64,000 nucleotides of DNA from the NCBI GenBank assembly GCA_036172245.1, contig JAYWIR010000052.1:806001-870000 (forward strand), in the 5' to 3' direction. Origin of the DNA: Raillietiella orientalis. Lineage: Eukaryota. Each line of letters opens with the position of its first letter. The first letter of the stretch is position 1. Below the pieces are notes generated by a model. That model was given only the letters and a program-made list of their open reading frames with translations, made no database searches and was not told the DNA's origin. Position numbers and translations under genes: made by a program. Positions 60,054-64,000 of this stretch are shown in pieces.

Positions 60054-61397
60054 CATCCTGGAAGGGGTGCACACCCGCCGGTCGGACCGCTGCCTTCGCG
60101 GTTTCCTGCGCTTCCTGCTTGCCCGCGTCCTTGGTCTTATGGAGACGCGGGCACACACGGTGCTTCCTGCCTGCCTGCTCGCATCCGGAGGTCACCGATG
60201 ACGTCTGCCGGGCGCAGTGATTAGCCGCTCGGCTCCCCGGTGTGTATGGCCATCCCTTTGAGGGATGGAGGGGAAGGGGCAGTCGGCTTCGCTCCGCTCG
60301 CGGTCGGACGTAGCTGCGGGAGCGGCGAAATTCCGTATATCGCAGGCCCGCTGAATCGCCAGGTGGGCGGGGACGCTGCGACCATGTCCCATGTAGTAAT
60401 CTTTGCAAGCGAGAGCTGGATGCGGAGGGTGTCAAGGGGTGAGGTCACACATGGCCACCACTGTGTGGAGAGAGGACCCAAGGGCACGCATCCAAGGGCG
60501 GCAGAGCATCAGCAGGGACTTGCCTAACGGGCAAACCGGTCGGAGGATGAAGGGCTCCCTCGGCCGCCGCCCGACTCGACCAATCGAACGTCGTGTGCCG
60601 CGGCGATCGACGTCGAGCCCCTTGCAGCCACTCTTGTTTCCCTTGGTTTCCAAATCTCACAGATGACTCAGACATGTTTTACGTGATTAAAGACCTGTAG
60701 AGCCGAGTTTGTCTATCGCTGCCGCTCACCCTCCGGGTTTCACTAAGGATTGCCGTCAGGCACGAGATCTCTTAGCATTCCCAAATGGAAGCATGGCGTG
60801 ACGCGCGCCCGAACGGCGGCGTCGAGCTGGCAGTCGATTTCTCATCTCCCGGTCGTGACAGCTCAAATGCGGGCACGAACGGATTCGACAACGAAACGCC
60901 ACGAGTCTCTTCGTGCAGGAGGGTAGCGTTACGCAGCGGTCGCGCAAGCGCCCGCCTCCTGAGGCGAAAAGACCATCTCAGATCACCCGAGGTCGATCAC
61001 CTTCCTCGGAGACGATCCGGGGAGAGCGGACTTCCCGCCTGAAAGCGGGCCTCTGCACCGGGATGCATAGGTCGCGGCGTGTTGGTGCTGAAGCCAGGCT
61101 GGAGCTTCGACCTCGCCTGGTGCAAGCAGAAGAGGAGCCGCAGTCTTCGCTGAGTTGTCACATTCACCGCTTTTTGACGCCCATCTCTCCGAACGACAGC
61201 CGAACACGCCGGGGAACCGAGCGGCTAATCACCGCTCCTGGTAGACGTCATCGGTGACCTCCGGATACGAGCAGGCAGGCAGGAAGCACCGTGTGCGCCT
61301 CCGTCTCCGGAAGACCAAGGGCGCGAGAATGAAAGAAGTGGAGGAAACCGCGAAGGCAGCGGTCCGTCCGGCAGGTGTGCACCCCTTCCAGGATGGC
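60054..61397. repeat. ~190-bp diverged inverted repeat (60054-60245 / 61204-61397)
   Basis: The peptide TSGxEQAGRKHRV...ETAKAAVRPAGVHPFQD is encoded on opposite strands. Confidence 0.9.
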
Positions 61398-63018
61398 ATC
61401 TGCGACGAGAGGAACAGTCTGCAGCTGCTTCTGTAGCCCTGAAGATTTTTCCCCTCCTCCCTCCTTCTTCGCTTGCCTACCGCGGAAGACCGGGGCAGAG
61501 AATCCTCGCTCCCTAGGGGACGCGTCCGTGCAAGGAGGTCGGGGTGCTTCGACGCCTCGAGACACGGACGGGACGTGAGCGCGGGAGCCACTGCTGCACT
61601 GGTGCCGTCCCCTCGAGTGAGCGAAGACGTTCATTGCCTTCTCTCACTCGAGTTGGCAGCTCCACAGACGAGCTCACCTCCCTGCGAAGTTGCAGCTCTG
61701 CAGCCGATGTCCCGGAGTGACTTTAAAGGATGTCGTAAGAGAAGTGGATGCTGCAGCATCTCTCCATCGCCTCCGCTGGCGCGTTCCTCTAGGTACCGCG
61801 AGACTTGGGGCTCTCTCAGCACTGAGTCGCAGTCCCTCGTCCCCAGGGACTCTATGTCTGCGTCCATCCCCTTCCTCCATCTTGGAGACCACCGCTGCGT
61901 GACCTATGGGGTGCAGGGGATCTCTGCCACTCAGGGCATCCCTAGAGGCGACCGGTGAGCCTGCAGAAATGGCAACGTCGCGGAGTTGCGGTGTCCCTGC
62001 GAAGAGCTTCCATCCCTTTCGAAGCTGAGCATCTCCCGGGAAGGATCACGGACAAGCGAGGAGGCGCGCAGCAGAGGACAGCCCTCTGACCTCACCGCCT
62101 GCCGCTTTCGTCCCATCTTCCTCAGTGGGATGTCAGGAAGGTCGCTTCGACCGGATTCGATCACGTGGACACTCGCGCCCTCGCCGCTTGACGGTGCCCC
62201 CTCGGACAGCAGCAACCTCCGCACCTGCGAACGCCTGGATGAGGCGAGGAAGACGACGGAAGTGGCGCAGGGAATGCGAACTCGGGAGCTGCTGCTGCTC
62301 CGGCGCCTCCCTCTGCCATCCCCTCGAGTGAGAGGAAGACGTTCCTCACCAGCGGACGCCAACGCCTCCGCCTGCAGACACCTCGGGGGGCTGGGGAGAT
62401 TCTCTGGATTGCGCCAGCAGGTCTCCGTCTGGTCTGTTCAATCCTCTGGCGAGTAAAGTCGGGAGGAAAAACGGGAGCGTTTCTGGCGAGACCGCCTGAG
62501 ACGTGCAGCGCCTATTCCGCACCATTTCGCGAGGATCCGTCCCAGGGACTCCTAAGACCGTCCCCCACGAAAGGGCAGCCGCACTATATGAAGCACTTTC
62601 TGCATAAGGACACAGCAGGCGGGTTTCGAGGCAGGGGCTCTTCCCGGAATCCGCTAGAGGCTTCTTCCCGATCCCTCTCCTGGATAACTGGGATCTGGTC
62701 CCCCCTTCGCCCTCACTCCGAGACCGAGATCGCCGCGCGCGGTCAGTTGCCACCAAAGTTCGCGTCATGAGTGGACCCGGGGCGGGGGAAGGTAGTGGAC
62801 TCGACCTCGCAATGCTTTTTCGTGTATATTTTTTTGGTTTTATTCTTATTTTCGTTTGTCCCTGTCCCTCCCCTGCTGCCAAGGTAAACCTCGCCGGCCT
62901 GCGTGCCGGTCCTCAGCAGGTTCCTATGGTTAAATCTGTAACCTGGCAGGGCCAAACGTCCTGCCACCAGCTTGTATATTTATTTTTTTATATAAAGAAA
63001 CGCTCTGGAGCAACCGGG
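61200..63018 (+). mobile_element. Short LINE-derived element: ORF1-like remnant plus LINE-type 3' end
   Basis: 'EETAKAAVRPAGVHPFQ' and knuckle-like 'RCVTYGVQG', then a T-rich UTR, a hairpin at 62944-62966 and the terminal motif at 63001-63018. Confidence 0.4.
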
Positions 63019-63052
63019 TGTCAAGCCATATCGCTTTCTCCGTATCACTGGT

Positions 63053-63900
63053 AGCAGCCTTCCGGCTCGATGGGAGTTCAGTATGGAAATCTCTGGCAGG
63101 AGAAGAGGACCGGGTGATTGGACGACGGGCCTGCATACAGATGCTGCGGTCCCGAGTGCCCCACCTGGTGGACTTTTGCTCTGGGACGACCTGCTGTGGA
63201 TGTTCCAGAGGATGACCTGCAGTGATCCCCAGTGCTTTTGGACAGACACGCTCTCCCCTTGAAGTGGAGGGATTTGACGCTGCTGCCGCTGCACTGGAGC
63301 CTCCCGTGCAACGCCCGCTGGCATCGTTGGACACGGGCGGTCGGGGTGAGCCCAAACTGCGCCGGGTGCGGGCAGCGCGAGTCCCTCCTGAACCTGCTCG
63401 TGGATCGTTACGCCCTCTGGCGCCTCCGGAAACGCTTCGCTGCGACCCAAGCAACCCCCGGTGGTGACTCCAGGCACGCTTTACGATCCCTCCTCCTACG
63501 CGACGTTCTCCGGCCAGCATCCTCGCTAGCAGCACCCTGCTGCCTACGCGGGATCCTCTCTGTCTGGAGCGACGCAAGAGGAGGACCGAGCGACAGGGGT
63601 GCCACATCCACGTTGCCATCCGCTTCGTGAGGATGGCAACGATATGGCCCCACCTGAAGGGATAGCATGCAGCAAGAGCTTGCCGGCATCCTCGAAAGGA
63701 TGCAGAGGATCACCCTCAGCAGGACGTGACCCTTTCCTGCACCTCCCCATCCCAAATTTGTCTATTTATTCTTATTCTTTTCCTTTTTATCTCCTCCCCC
63801 TTTTGTTGATGTGGCGGACTTCACCGGTCGGAGCACCGGTAACGCGGCCGGTTTGATATGAGAAGGATGTGGTTGGAGCGGTGGTCCAACCACATTTATT
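63053..63900 (+). mobile_element. 5'-truncated copy of the LINE 3' part at 26378-27167
   Basis: ~790 bp of near-identical direct repeat, including SPNCAGCGQRES. Confidence 0.92.
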
Positions 63901-64000
63901 TTTCTTTGGAATGGACACTCCGGAGTACACGGGTGGTCATCAAAGTTCGCGTCGTCTCGTCATTCCCTCGACCGGCTTTCGGCTTTCTCATTTGGGCCTT

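Overview
This is GC-rich eukaryotic DNA. It is probably metazoan, judging from a 5' U2 snRNA fragment of the AUCGCUUCUC type and AACCT-like pentamers. I found no intact protein-coding gene and no prokaryotic features; the long ORFs look like GC-driven or antisense artefacts. The window is a dense collection of decayed retroelements. It holds about 15 frameshifted L1/Tx1-like LINE remnants, recognised by eye from degenerate APE, RT and zf-RVT motifs. One of these is near full length (~45.6-52.9 kb, minus strand) and has a U2 fragment at its inferred 5' end. There are also seven copies of a tRNA-headed SINE-like family, Ty3/gypsy remnants, and several minisatellites and hairpins. A ~3.95 kb near-identical inverted duplication (33021-36972 / 40159-44117) contains further nested inverted repeats. 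The most notable signal is a shared non-poly(A) 3' end on divergent LINE copies: a covarying 8-bp-stem/7-nt-loop hairpin, then AATAAA, then a CGCTCYGGAGCGRCCGGG-like motif. All domain calls are manual motif recognition, not database hits, and remnant boundaries are approximate.
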